Source: a virus | Taxonomy: Duplodnaviria > Caudoviricetes | DNA length: 47,389 bases | Reading direction: 5' to 3' (one strand) | IMG/VR virus record: IMGVR_UViG_3300034894_000017 | Location: 1-47,389 of that record | Shown: positions 8,034-15,944 of the stretch, one piece after another | How positions within the stretch are numbered: the first letter of the stretch is position 1 | How the letters are laid out: every line of letters begins with the position of its first letter | Program-made: the position numbers and the translations under genes | Notes under the pieces: model-generated | The model's input: only the letters and a program-made list of their open reading frames with translations | Databases searched by the model: none | What the model was told of the DNA's origin: nothing

Positions 8034-8282
8034 GCGCCGCCAAGCCAGCGACAACCTGCCCAGACTGCGCCACCCAGCGCAAGCTCGCTCGCAAGTACAA
8101 GCGCGCGCTGCAGGAGCTCACCGCGGCGGTGCCCGAGGGCCGCGGCCGTGGCCGGCTGATCGCGAACGTGGCCAATGGACTCGAGATGGCCAACGACCAA
8201 GTGCGCTACTTCACACTGGGTGTTGACTGGCGGCGCGACGTGAAGACGCGGGCCAAGCAGGAGCGCGAGGTCGGGCCATGAG
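8015..8282 (+). repeat. 20-bp direct repeat at consecutive gene junctions
   Basis: GCGCGAGGTCGGGCCATGAG at 8015-8034 and 8263-8282. Confidence 0.9.
8030..8281 (+). CDS. Hypothetical protein
   Basis: Coupled ORF with CPDC, bracketed by the 20-bp repeat. Confidence 0.7.
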   Translation: MSAAKPATTCPDCATQRKLARKYKRALQELTAAVPEGRGRGRLIANVANGLEMANDQVRYFTLGVDWRRDVKTRAKQEREVGP

Positions 8283-8463
8283 GCACACCCCACGATGCGC
8301 CAGGTGCAATGCGCTCTGCAGTCGGAATGAACGCCACGACGCCTACTTCTGTGCGGCGTGCGACGAGTGGCTAGAGTCCGTGTGCGACGACGCGGATTGC
8401 GAGTTCTGTGCTGGGCGGCCGGAGAAGCCCAGCCAGGTAGTGGTGGACGGTAGCGAGGAGTAG
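8278..8463 (+). CDS. Small Cys-rich protein
   Basis: CARC, DAYFCAACDEWLE, CEFC...RPEKP. Confidence 0.7.
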   Translation: MRHTPRCARCNALCSRNERHDAYFCAACDEWLESVCDDADCEFCAGRPEKPSQVVVDGSEE

Positions 8464-8503
8464 CGCAGTGCGAAGCAGTTCAGCCAGATACGGGAGAGCA
8501 CTC

Positions 8504-8785
8504 ATGGCACAGACGCTGGTGGCAGTCAGTCCAGAGGAACTTGCCGAACTCGTGCGGAAGGCGGTGCGCGACGAGCTCACGCAGTCGCCGCCAAAGCCGG
8601 GCAAGAGCTATCTCGACGCCAACGAGATCGCAACGCACTACGGCATCAGCCGCAGCACGGTGCAGAACTGGATCAGCGAGGAAGACTGCCCGCACATCAT
8701 GCGCGGGAAGGTCTTGCGCTTCGAACTCGCCGCCGTCGAGGCTTGGTTTCGAGGTCGTGATCCCGGTCTGCGCCGAGTGAAGTGA
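8504..8785 (+). CDS. xis: Excisionase / recombination directionality factor (winged HTH)
   Basis: YLDANEIATHYGISRSTVQNWI...P...GKVLRFELAAVEAWF, immediately upstream of the integrase. Confidence 0.85.
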   Translation: MAQTLVAVSPEELAELVRKAVRDELTQSPPKPGKSYLDANEIATHYGISRSTVQNWISEEDCPHIMRGKVLRFELAAVEAWFRGRDPGLRRVK

Positions 8786-10030
8786 ATGAAGCAATACGAC
8801 AAGAACAAGGGCAAGGTCGGCCGCAAACCGAACCTTTGGGTTCGCTACTGGGTCAAGGGCGAGGAGATCCGAGAGCCCGGCAAGGGTGGCAAGAAGGCCA
8901 CGGCAGCGTTCGAGGTCGAACTTAAAAGACAGATCAAGGCTGGCACGTGGGTCCACCCGAAGCTGCGCCGCGACAACCGAGCGCGTTTCGATGAATACGC
9001 GCGAACGGTGGTGCTCAAGCGCACTGCCCGAGGCGTCGGGGCCAGCGAGAGCCCGCCGAACAAGACCGAGTGGGGCCACGTCGAGAATCACCTCATCCCG
9101 GTGTTTGGCAAGTTCGAGATCCGCGAGCTGACATTCAAGCGCATCAAGGATGGGTTCGAGACGCAGATCAATAGCAAGGGTCTCGGCGGGCGCACGATTC
9201 GCAACATCCACAGCACGATGCGCTCGATCATGATCGAGGCGGTGGAGGACGAGCTGATCGACAACCCGCCGATCCCGCTCAGCGTGAAGCGCGATCACCT
9301 CCCTCCGCCAATCGACAAGAATCCGGAGTGGCGCGACGAGGCATTCTTCGAGTTCGAGGAGATTTCCACCCTCCTCAACGTCGACATGGTCTCGCTCCGC
9401 CGCGTGCTCTACGCGACGTATTTCCTAACTGGTTCTCGGTTTCGCGAGGTCGTCTACCTCAAGGTGCGTGACTACAATCGGACGATGGGCCCGCTGCGAT
9501 GCCTCAGCGTTGCCGCCGCGAAGACCGGACGCCACCACAGCCCTCGTCGTCGACACGTGCCGGTCCACCCAGAGCTTCAGCGCTGGCTCGATTGGTGGCT
9601 CACGAGCGAATACGAGGTGCTGTACGGCGCAAAACCCAAACCCGACGACTTGCTCTTCCCAACCGTGTCGGTGCGTAGGCGGAACCGTGACCTTGTGCAC
9701 TGCTCGCACAACGAGATCTTCAAGCAGTGGCAGCGCCACGACCTGCCCGCAGCGGGCCTCCGCCATCGGCGTCTCCACGACGCCCGCAGAACGTTCATCA
9801 GCGCCCTACGGTCCGCTGGCGTGCCCGATCCCATGCTCCGCAAACTCACCCACTGGAGCGTCGAGGACAGGGTCCTGGACGCCTATACGTCGTGGGATTG
9901 GCAAGCGCTCTGCCAACAGGTCGAGCGCGTCACGTGGGGGCTTCCGAAGCCCAGCGCTGAGCCCCGGCCCAAGGCGGTTGTGGTGGCGCTCCCGACCGGG
10001 CACTCGACACGATCCGGTTTTTCCCGCTGA
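8786..10030 (+). CDS. int: Tyrosine integrase
   Basis: Catalytic R (TGSRFRE), HxxR (LHDARR), H (LTHWS), Y (DAYT); core-binding region RTIRNIHSTMRSIM. Confidence 0.95.
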   Translation: MKQYDKNKGKVGRKPNLWVRYWVKGEEIREPGKGGKKATAAFEVELKRQIKAGTWVHPKLRRDNRARFDEYARTVVLKRTARGVGASESPPNKTEWGHVENHLIPVFGKFEIRELTFKRIKDGFETQINSKGLGGRTIRNIHSTMRSIMIEAVEDELIDNPPIPLSVKRDHLPPPIDKNPEWRDEAFFEFEEISTLLNVDMVSLRRVLYATYFLTGSRFREVVYLKVRDYNRTMGPLRCLSVAAAKTGRHHSPRRRHVPVHPELQRWLDWWLTSEYEVLYGAKPKPDDLLFPTVSVRRRNRDLVHCSHNEIFKQWQRHDLPAAGLRHRRLHDARRTFISALRSAGVPDPMLRKLTHWSVEDRVLDAYTSWDWQALCQQVERVTWGLPKPSAEPRPKAVVVALPTGHSTRSGFSR

Positions 10031-10094
10031 TCGCTAAACCCGCGAAATCACCTGGTCGCAGAACGTGAGTTTTTATTCACCAGACGTAGCCAAC

Positions 10095-10835
10095 ATGCGA
10101 GAATCACAACACACTGGTCAACGAACCTCAGCTTCGATTCCCGCCGCCTCCACCAAATTCCCTCATGATTCCAATGATCGAAAGAGCGCGGGTGCCGATG
10201 AGGGTGCCGGTCGGCACCCGCCAGCAATCGGCAGCGCCGAGTGGCTCGCGCTGATTGAACGCATCCACCGACGCAGTGTCGATCAGCCGAGCGGATGTCG
10301 CGTGTGGACCGGCGCAACAGGTGGCAAAGGCCACGGCCGAATGAAGTTCGGCGGCCAGTTGGTCTCACCGCACCGCGTCGTTCTTGAGCATGCTCTCGGA
10401 CGTCGGCTCGCACGTAACGAAGACGCGTGCCACCACTGCGACAACCCACCTTGCGTGAGACCCGATCACCTGTTCGCCGGTTCTCGTTCCGACAACATGG
10501 TCGACGCCTCACGCAAGGGCCGCCTCGGCAAACCGATGCTCGGCTACGACATGATCAAGTCGGTCGTGCAGGAGTACCGAGGCGGCCATCCACAAGCGGA
10601 GCTCGCTGAGCGGTTCGGCCTCTCCGCCGGCATGGTGTCCAACCTGGTGAAGGGCAAGACGCGCCTCGCTGCGCTCGCGCTTGCCGAGGTCGACCAGAAA
10701 CCGTACCGGCACCCGCGAGCATCAATGAAGCGGCTCGCGAAGTGCGGCGTCACCGACGCGCCCGTTGCCAAGGGACCATCCCTCGACGACATCAGGCAAT
10801 GGCTGGCGCGACGTCGTGGGGACGTTGCCCGATGA
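10095..10835 (+). CDS. HNH endonuclease with C-terminal HTH; 5' end spans attP
   Basis: CRVWTG...HRVV...ACHHCDNPPCVRPDHLFAGSRSDNMVD...KGR; QAELAERFGLSAGMVSNLVKGKT; start ATG 10095 or GTG 10065. Confidence 0.85.
   Translation: MRESQHTGQRTSASIPAASTKFPHDSNDRKSAGADEGAGRHPPAIGSAEWLALIERIHRRSVDQPSGCRVWTGATGGKGHGRMKFGGQLVSPHRVVLEHALGRRLARNEDACHHCDNPPCVRPDHLFAGSRSDNMVDASRKGRLGKPMLGYDMIKSVVQEYRGGHPQAELAERFGLSAGMVSNLVKGKTRLAALALAEVDQKPYRHPRASMKRLAKCGVTDAPVAKGPSLDDIRQWLARRRGDVAR
10133..10155 (+). mobile_element. attP core, a copy of a tmRNA (ssrA)-type 3' end
   Basis: TTCGATTCCCGCCGCCTCCACCA = T-loop, T-stem and alanine-type acceptor end with CCA, about 100 bp after int; the 5' half of the RNA gene is absent. 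Confidence 0.85.
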
Positions 10836-11020
10836 GCTTCACCGTCCTCGTCTACGGCGGCCGTGACTACGCCGATCGAGCCGCGGTCTACGCGGCCCTG
10901 GACGACGTCCTGGCGTGCGGCCCGCGGTCTCAGCTGACGGTGCTGTCGGGCGGTGCGAGCGGGGCCGACAGGCTGGCGCTACGGGCGCGGCCGCCGGTCC
11001 CCCTTGCTGCCCGCCACTGA
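10832..11020 (+). pseudogene. Truncated SLOG/YspA-like (DUF2493-type) gene
   Basis: VLVYGGRDY...LD...VLSGGASGADRLA, then similarity ends about halfway through the domain. Confidence 0.7.
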
Positions 11021-11043
11021 CCCGCGCTACGGCTGAAACGCCG

Positions 11044-11379
11044 ATGCCAGACCCGTTCGACATGACGCTGCGGGAGCTGCTCGACGCCGTGCTCGCCCGG
11101 CTGTCGACGCCAGCCGGGGATCCGGAACGCTGGCTTGACCTGCGCGCCGATGACTTTCCGGTAAACCACCGGCTTGTATGGGCCGCTGCCAAGCGTGGCG
11201 AGCTCGACGTCTCGCGCGTCGGCAACGCCACGCTCGTCAAGGCGCGCGAGCTCGATCGGTGGCTACAGCTTCAACGGCTCAAGCCGGTCGCACCAAAGAG
11301 GCAAGCGCCGCGGACATCGTCGGAGCCGCCGGAGAGCATCGCGCACTTGGTGGGCGGAGCAGCCAAACGTCGCAAGTGA
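11044..11379 (+). CDS. Divergent Xis-like winged-HTH protein
   Basis: RWLDL...LVWAAAKRGELDVSRVGNATLVKARELDRWL. Confidence 0.65.
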   Translation: MPDPFDMTLRELLDAVLARLSTPAGDPERWLDLRADDFPVNHRLVWAAAKRGELDVSRVGNATLVKARELDRWLQLQRLKPVAPKRQAPRTSSEPPESIAHLVGGAAKRRK

Positions 11380-11410
11380 CACCCGCTCACGCCACCTCGA
11401 CCCCGCGGGC

Positions 11411-11707
11411 CTAGCCCTTGCCACGGTGCTCGACGGTGCGCGCTTCGAGCCACTCGTAAACCGCCGCGGGCCTAAACCGCTTGACCTCCCCGAGGCGAAC
11501 GAAAGGTAGCCCCTCATGGCAAAGGCGATGGATCTGCGCCTGCGAGCAGTCGACGAGCTGCGCCATCGTGGCGCAGTCGACGTACTCGGGTTGTGCTCGT
11601 TCCCCCGCTACGTGCTCGGCGAGCGCCTCGGCGACCGCCTGCTTGAGTAGCGGCTTGAGGATCGGCGCAAGCAGGCGAGCGAGCGCTTCGCCCAACGGGT
11701 CTGTCAT
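11411..11707 (-). CDS. Xis-like winged-HTH protein
   Basis: YVDCATMAQLVDCSQAQIHRLCHEGLPFVRLGEVKRFRPAAVYEWL. Confidence 0.85.
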   Translation of the reverse strand: MTDPLGEALARLLAPILKPLLKQAVAEALAEHVAGERAQPEYVDCATMAQLVDCSQAQIHRLCHEGLPFVRLGEVKRFRPAAVYEWLEARTVEHRGKG

Positions 11708-12042
11708 CGTCGGGCCTGCGCAGTGCGTGCCTTGAGCCACGCCAGCACCTCGTCCAGATCGAACTTGCGCGTGTCGCCGACGAGCACGTACGGGAGACCC
11801 TCCTCGACAAGTCGGTACACCGTCGCCCGTGACGCATCGATCGCCACCCCGACCTCGCGCGCGTCATGCAGCCTGCGCCCGGGAGGTTCGGCAGCCTGGA
11901 CTTCCGCGAGCGTCTCGATCATGACGCGCTTGATCATGGGCTCGAGCATGGGGCCAAGTACGCGGGCGAGCGCTTCCCCGAGCGGGTCTGCCGGCAGCGA
12001 CGGTCGCAGCTGCGCGGGCGGTGGCTGACGGTTGCTTGCCAT
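11704..12042 (-). CDS. Xis-like winged-HTH protein, paralogue of 11411..11707
   Basis: EVGVAIDASRATVYRLVEEGLPYVLVGDTRKFDLDEVLAWL; shares DPLGEALAR with its neighbour. Confidence 0.85.
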   Translation of the reverse strand: MASNRQPPPAQLRPSLPADPLGEALARVLGPMLEPMIKRVMIETLAEVQAAEPPGRRLHDAREVGVAIDASRATVYRLVEEGLPYVLVGDTRKFDLDEVLAWLKARTAQARR

Positions 12043-12129
12043 GGCGGCGGACCCTACCGCACCAGCGCGTGAGCCGCGAGACGTGGCCATCTGAACTCGC
12101 CGGCGCCGGTCAAAGAGAAGCCGGAACTA

Positions 12130-12312
12130 CTACGCCTCCCCAGCCGCCGCCCATCCCGCCACCCTGCCCGTCTGCGACCAGAGCCACACCGCCCGCGTGG
12201 GCTCGCCGCCGTCGCCCCAGTAGACGTGCAGCTCGAGCTCCAGGCGATCGCGGCCGGGGCGCTCGGGCAGCTCCAGAACGCCGTGGCCGGGCTCCAGATC
12301 GTGCCAGTTCAT
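12130..12312 (-). CDS. Small hypothetical protein
   Basis: ATG ORF filling the gap, non-shadow composition. Confidence 0.4.
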   Translation of the reverse strand: MNWHDLEPGHGVLELPERPGRDRLELELHVYWGDGGEPTRAVWLWSQTGRVAGWAAAGEA

Positions 12313-12382
12313 GCCCAGGGTTGTCGGGTGGAACGCCGTAGAGTTGCGCCCTCGCGGCGTCCTGAGGTATGGCCATTTTGCA

Positions 12383-12850
12383 ATGGCCCGCCCCGTGAGC
12401 CTGTCCCGTCCGCCGCCCCCCTCGCCTGAGGATCTGTGGCGGCTCTACGAGATCGCGGTGAAGGAGTACCACCTGAACACGACGCTCGGGGTCCAGCGCC
12501 AGGTGTTCTACATCGGGCTGAGCGTGACGCTGCTCGGCGCGCTGGCGAGCTTCGGCAACAAGGGCGCGCTGGTGGCGATCGCGTACTTCGTAGGCGCTGC
12601 CGTCGCCCTGCTTGGAGCCAAGGTCGTCGCGCAATCGCATTCGTACTACACGGCGGCTCGCGAGCACTTCCAGGATATCGAGAGGCGGCTTTGCCTCGAC
12701 CAGCACGGCCTGACGCTCTCCACGACGCAGGGCATGACCGGAGAGACGGGCAAGCGGCGCCTGAAGGTCACGACGGCCGCCAAGATCGTGCTGTGGATCC
12801 TCGCCGGGTTGGACCTGCTGTCAGCCGTGGTCGCGCTGGTCGCGAAGTGA
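12383..12850 (+). CDS. Three-TM membrane protein (RipA/Rip1-like or SLATT-like; candidate defence moron)
   Basis: LYEIAVKEY...RQVFY-TM1-TM2-...FQDIERRL...TM3; transcribed opposite to virion genes. Confidence 0.6.
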   Translation: MARPVSLSRPPPPSPEDLWRLYEIAVKEYHLNTTLGVQRQVFYIGLSVTLLGALASFGNKGALVAIAYFVGAAVALLGAKVVAQSHSYYTAAREHFQDIERRLCLDQHGLTLSTTQGMTGETGKRRLKVTTAAKIVLWILAGLDLLSAVVALVAK

Positions 12851-13083
12851 TCACCTGGCGCGACGTCACCCCGACCCACGCCGCCGCGGACGTCTGCTAC
12901 CGCGCCATGCCGATCGCCCGACTGCACGCCTACCCGACGCGCTGGCAGGTCGAGTTCCTCGGCGGCACCCTCGACGGGCCCGCGAACTCCATCGGCCACG
13001 CCAAGCGCGCCGCCCTGCAGGGGCTGGCCGCGGCCTTGCCCGAGCTCGATATGCAGGTGCAGACGGCGCTGCGCTCGACGTAG
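12847..13083 (+). CDS. Small hypothetical protein coupled to the membrane protein gene
   Basis: GTGA overlap; MITWRDVTPTHAAADVCYR... Confidence 0.55.
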   Translation: MITWRDVTPTHAAADVCYRAMPIARLHAYPTRWQVEFLGGTLDGPANSIGHAKRAALQGLAAALPELDMQVQTALRST

Positions 13084-13121
13084 CGGCCGGAGCCGCGCCG
13101 AACACGTTCAGCTGCGCTTGG

Positions 13122-13967
13122 CTAGTGCCAGATGCGCTGGCCGGCGATCCGCACGTTGCGCATGTATTTGACCGAGGGGCTGGGCGTCCAAGCCGTGCCG
13201 CTATTCGCCGAGCCATAGAACTTCATGTAGGTCTCGACAGAGTTGTGATTCTGGCCCTTGGTCTTGACGCCCTGCTGCTCGAGCACGACCTGCCCGTCGA
13301 CCCAGAACGTGATGGTGGCGCACGAGGAGCTCCAGACGTAATGCATCTCCACGTCGAACCAGCGGCCGACGGGCAACGGGACGCTGGACCAGGCGGTGTC
13401 CTGGTTCTCAGCGCGCCAGTTGAACTTGACCTTCATCGAGCCATCCTCGGCGAGCATGATGCCGGGTTGCGTGTCCCAGCGTTCACTCGGGCCGACCGAA
13501 TGAAAGTCCCAGAGGTTGACCCAGGGCGCGCTGTCGAGGCCGGACTTCGCGGTGATGACCGCAGGGAAGTACCACTCGGCTGCGATCCAGACGCCCTCGG
13601 CGCGGCGCACCTGTTGGTCGAAAGCGGCGTTCGCGAAGCTGTAGATCCCGGCCTGCGAGCGAGAGCCGCCGTTGTCGAAGGTGGCTACGTGCTTGAGCGC
13701 GTAGCCTGCGCCGCCGTCGGGGTTGTTGGTCCGGTAGAGGTCGACTTCGTCGCTGCCGCCGACCGACTGGCCGATGGGACGCTCCAACTGAATCTGGCTG
13801 AAGCCATAGGGCGCCTCGCCGCACGAGTTCTGAATGTCGTCAGTCCAGAGAATGCCCGAGTGTGCGCCGGGCCTTGGCGTGTTGTGGCGTAGCGGCACTG
13901 GAGGCGTATGCGCGCAGCCAGCCAGAGCCGCGCATGCAACAATGACGGGAACGAAAGGGATACGCAT
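13122..13967 (-). CDS. Lipoprotein, polysaccharide-lyase-like beta-jelly-roll
   Basis: Signal peptide with lipobox LAGC; WIAAEWYFP, NLWDFH, LPVGRWFDVEMHYVWS, ITFWVDGQ, YMRNVRI; GGAG RBS. Confidence 0.75.
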   Translation of the reverse strand: MRIPFVPVIVACAALAGCAHTPPVPLRHNTPRPGAHSGILWTDDIQNSCGEAPYGFSQIQLERPIGQSVGGSDEVDLYRTNNPDGGAGYALKHVATFDNGGSRSQAGIYSFANAAFDQQVRRAEGVWIAAEWYFPAVITAKSGLDSAPWVNLWDFHSVGPSERWDTQPGIMLAEDGSMKVKFNWRAENQDTAWSSVPLPVGRWFDVEMHYVWSSSCATITFWVDGQVVLEQQGVKTKGQNHNSVETYMKFYGSANSGTAWTPSPSVKYMRNVRIAGQRIWH

Positions 13968-14049
13968 GGTTAGATCTCCGAATCACGGTTGTTTGGGTTC
14001 CAGTGGTGCCGATGGTCAGCATCGATCCTCTACGGCGTGCGAGCCGGCA

Positions 14050-14094
14050 TCGTTGCCAGTCGCGGACGTCCGGGCCTGTGGCGCCGAGCTTCAT
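14050..14094 (-). pseudogene. Stump of a peptidoglycan-binding domain (probable endolysin remnant)
   Basis: MKLGATGPDVRDWQR starts at an ATGA overlap with the tail gene stop and matches the typical start of PG-binding domain 1; nothing recognisable follows. Confidence 0.5.
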
Positions 14095-15872
14095 CGGTGC
14101 GCCTGCAGTTCGGCATCGAGCGCAGTGAGATCGGCGCCCGTAAGTTCAGCGTTGAAAACCATCATGACATTGGCATCACCGACGCAAGGTGCCGCGCCGG
14201 AGGCACCAGTACCACCGAGCGCAGTCACGCCATCGGTGAGCACGAGCAGCAAAGCGCCATTGCCAGCAACCGAGTTCAGACCGGAGTCGACGCCACTGAC
14301 CCGCATGGCATGCAGCTGGTTGGCTTCACCAGCTGCGGCTCGCGCGACGTAATAGTCGGATCTCAAGTCATTCCAGAAGTTGACGTTGAAACATGGACCA
14401 TTCACGTACCCGAGATACAGCTGATTCGGGGACGCGCCAGCAGGCAAGATCTGCCAGACGGCGCTAGCTACAGACGCCGCAGATCCGATCCGGCAATACA
14501 CCGGCGAGCCCGAGGTGTTCGTCGATCGAAAGCGCGTGGCCATCGTCAGCGCCGGAGCGCCCGTCATGCCGCACGCATCCGCGCGCTCGACACCACGCCC
14601 GGTGTCGAGCTTCATCGTGGGAACCCCGAGCGAGCCGGTACCCGTAGTGATCACCAGCACGCCCGCGTTGACGATGAGCGGTTGCTTGGCGGTGTCAGTC
14701 TGCGTCAGATGTCGACCGGCCGGGCCCTGATCGTACAGCGTGACAACGTATCCCGACCCCGCGCCCACGAACGCCAGCAGCGCCGCCTGGTCGAGCACGT
14801 TGCCAGCAAACCCTATGTCCTGCTCGGTGCTGTCCGAACTTCGCCGGACGCGAAGGCACGGGCCGCTGTATGCACTGCGCAGCTTGCGGCAGCTCGAGAC
14901 GGCGCAGAGTGCCGGCACTGAGATCTGGTCCAGGGCATACGTGACCGGGGCAGTGGTATGCAGCGCGAGCTCGGTTTCGAGTGCGGTGAGGTCGGCGCCA
15001 GCGAGGACGGCATTGAATAGCAGGAAGCAGTTGAGCTTACCTGTCATAATGACGCTGCCGGTCACATTGGCACCAAGATTGAGGCTGTCGTCAATCAGAT
15101 TGAGTGCCACGACAGAACCTGTTGTACCGCCTTGCACCAGGGCCGCTCCGTTTTGACGCACTGAACCAGAGTGAACATTGCCACCCGCGGTATGCTGCAG
15201 GACGTAAGCGTGCCCGGCAGTGTTAACCGCTGTGTTTAGCGTCCAGTTTCGGTCGGTGTTACCGTGCTGTTTTTTGATGGATCCAGGAAACGCGATCGAA
15301 CGATGAAGGACACAGGTAGTGCCTGTTGCAGCCAGGGCATTCCCAAAGCCACAGGGAACACATGACACTGCCGTGTTGGTGATCTGAAACGCCGACCCCA
15401 TTGTGATGTTGGGATTGCCAGTCATCCCGGCCGTGTTGCCAGCGACGTTGCGTTGCAGTCGATCGTCGGTGCCGTCAAACGACATGGCGATCCGCCCGGA
15501 CGGAAATGCGTCGAGCACGCCCGCATTGACGATGCGGGGCTGGCTGGCCAGGGTGGATTGAATCAGCTCGCGACCGTTCCCGCTTTGGTCGTAGAGCGTG
15601 ACCACGTACCCCGACCCAGCCCCGACGAACGCAAGCAGGGCAGCGGTGTCGACGTAGTCACCGGCAAAGCCAATGTCCTGTTCTGCGTTGTCCGAACTCC
15701 TGCGAACGCGGAATGCTGAGCCTGCATACCCGCTGCGTAGTTTGCGATAGACCGAATACGCGTTGGTCGCGGGGGCCGAGATCAGATCGAGCAGCAGCGT
15801 GCCCGCTGGCCCCGGTGCCGCACGTCGCCACATCTGCTGTGGAGCCGGCCGCCTCAGCGTCGCCGAGCTCAC
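14091..15872 (-). CDS. Putative receptor-binding/tail appendage protein with two tandem concanavalin/arabinofuranosidase-B-like modules
   Basis: RKLRS-Y-G...RVRRSSD--EQDIGF...YVVTLYDQ and FNA-L-GADLTAL--EL each occur twice; last gene of the tail operon. Confidence 0.7.
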   Translation of the reverse strand: MSSATLRRPAPQQMWRRAAPGPAGTLLLDLISAPATNAYSVYRKLRSGYAGSAFRVRRSSDNAEQDIGFAGDYVDTAALLAFVGAGSGYVVTLYDQSGNGRELIQSTLASQPRIVNAGVLDAFPSGRIAMSFDGTDDRLQRNVAGNTAGMTGNPNITMGSAFQITNTAVSCVPCGFGNALAATGTTCVLHRSIAFPGSIKKQHGNTDRNWTLNTAVNTAGHAYVLQHTAGGNVHSGSVRQNGAALVQGGTTGSVVALNLIDDSLNLGANVTGSVIMTGKLNCFLLFNAVLAGADLTALETELALHTTAPVTYALDQISVPALCAVSSCRKLRSAYSGPCLRVRRSSDSTEQDIGFAGNVLDQAALLAFVGAGSGYVVTLYDQGPAGRHLTQTDTAKQPLIVNAGVLVITTGTGSLGVPTMKLDTGRGVERADACGMTGAPALTMATRFRSTNTSGSPVYCRIGSAASVASAVWQILPAGASPNQLYLGYVNGPCFNVNFWNDLRSDYYVARAAAGEANQLHAMRVSGVDSGLNSVAGNGALLLVLTDGVTALGGTGASGAAPCVGDANVMMVFNAELTGADLTALDAELQAHR

Positions 15873-15934
15873 GGCGGCGGTTCTTCGGGTGATGGTTCTT
15901 CGGGCGGTGGATTGGTCGCCATGATCACGAACAT
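15869..15934 (-). CDS. 21-aa proline-rich micro-ORF
   Basis: GGGAGG RBS; MFVIMATNPPPEEPSPEEPPP; stop overlaps the GTG of the next gene. Confidence 0.5.
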   Translation of the reverse strand: MFVIMATNPPPEEPSPEEPPP

Positions 15935-15944
15935 AGTTTCCTCC

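Noticed and set aside
10133-10155. Complete tRNA or tmRNA gene
   Set aside because: Only the 3' 23 nt are present; upstream sequence cannot form the T-stem or acceptor stem
14091-15872. Diversity-generating retroelement TR/VR pair
   Set aside because: No reverse transcriptase in the genome; repeat differences are mostly synonymous and not adenine-specific
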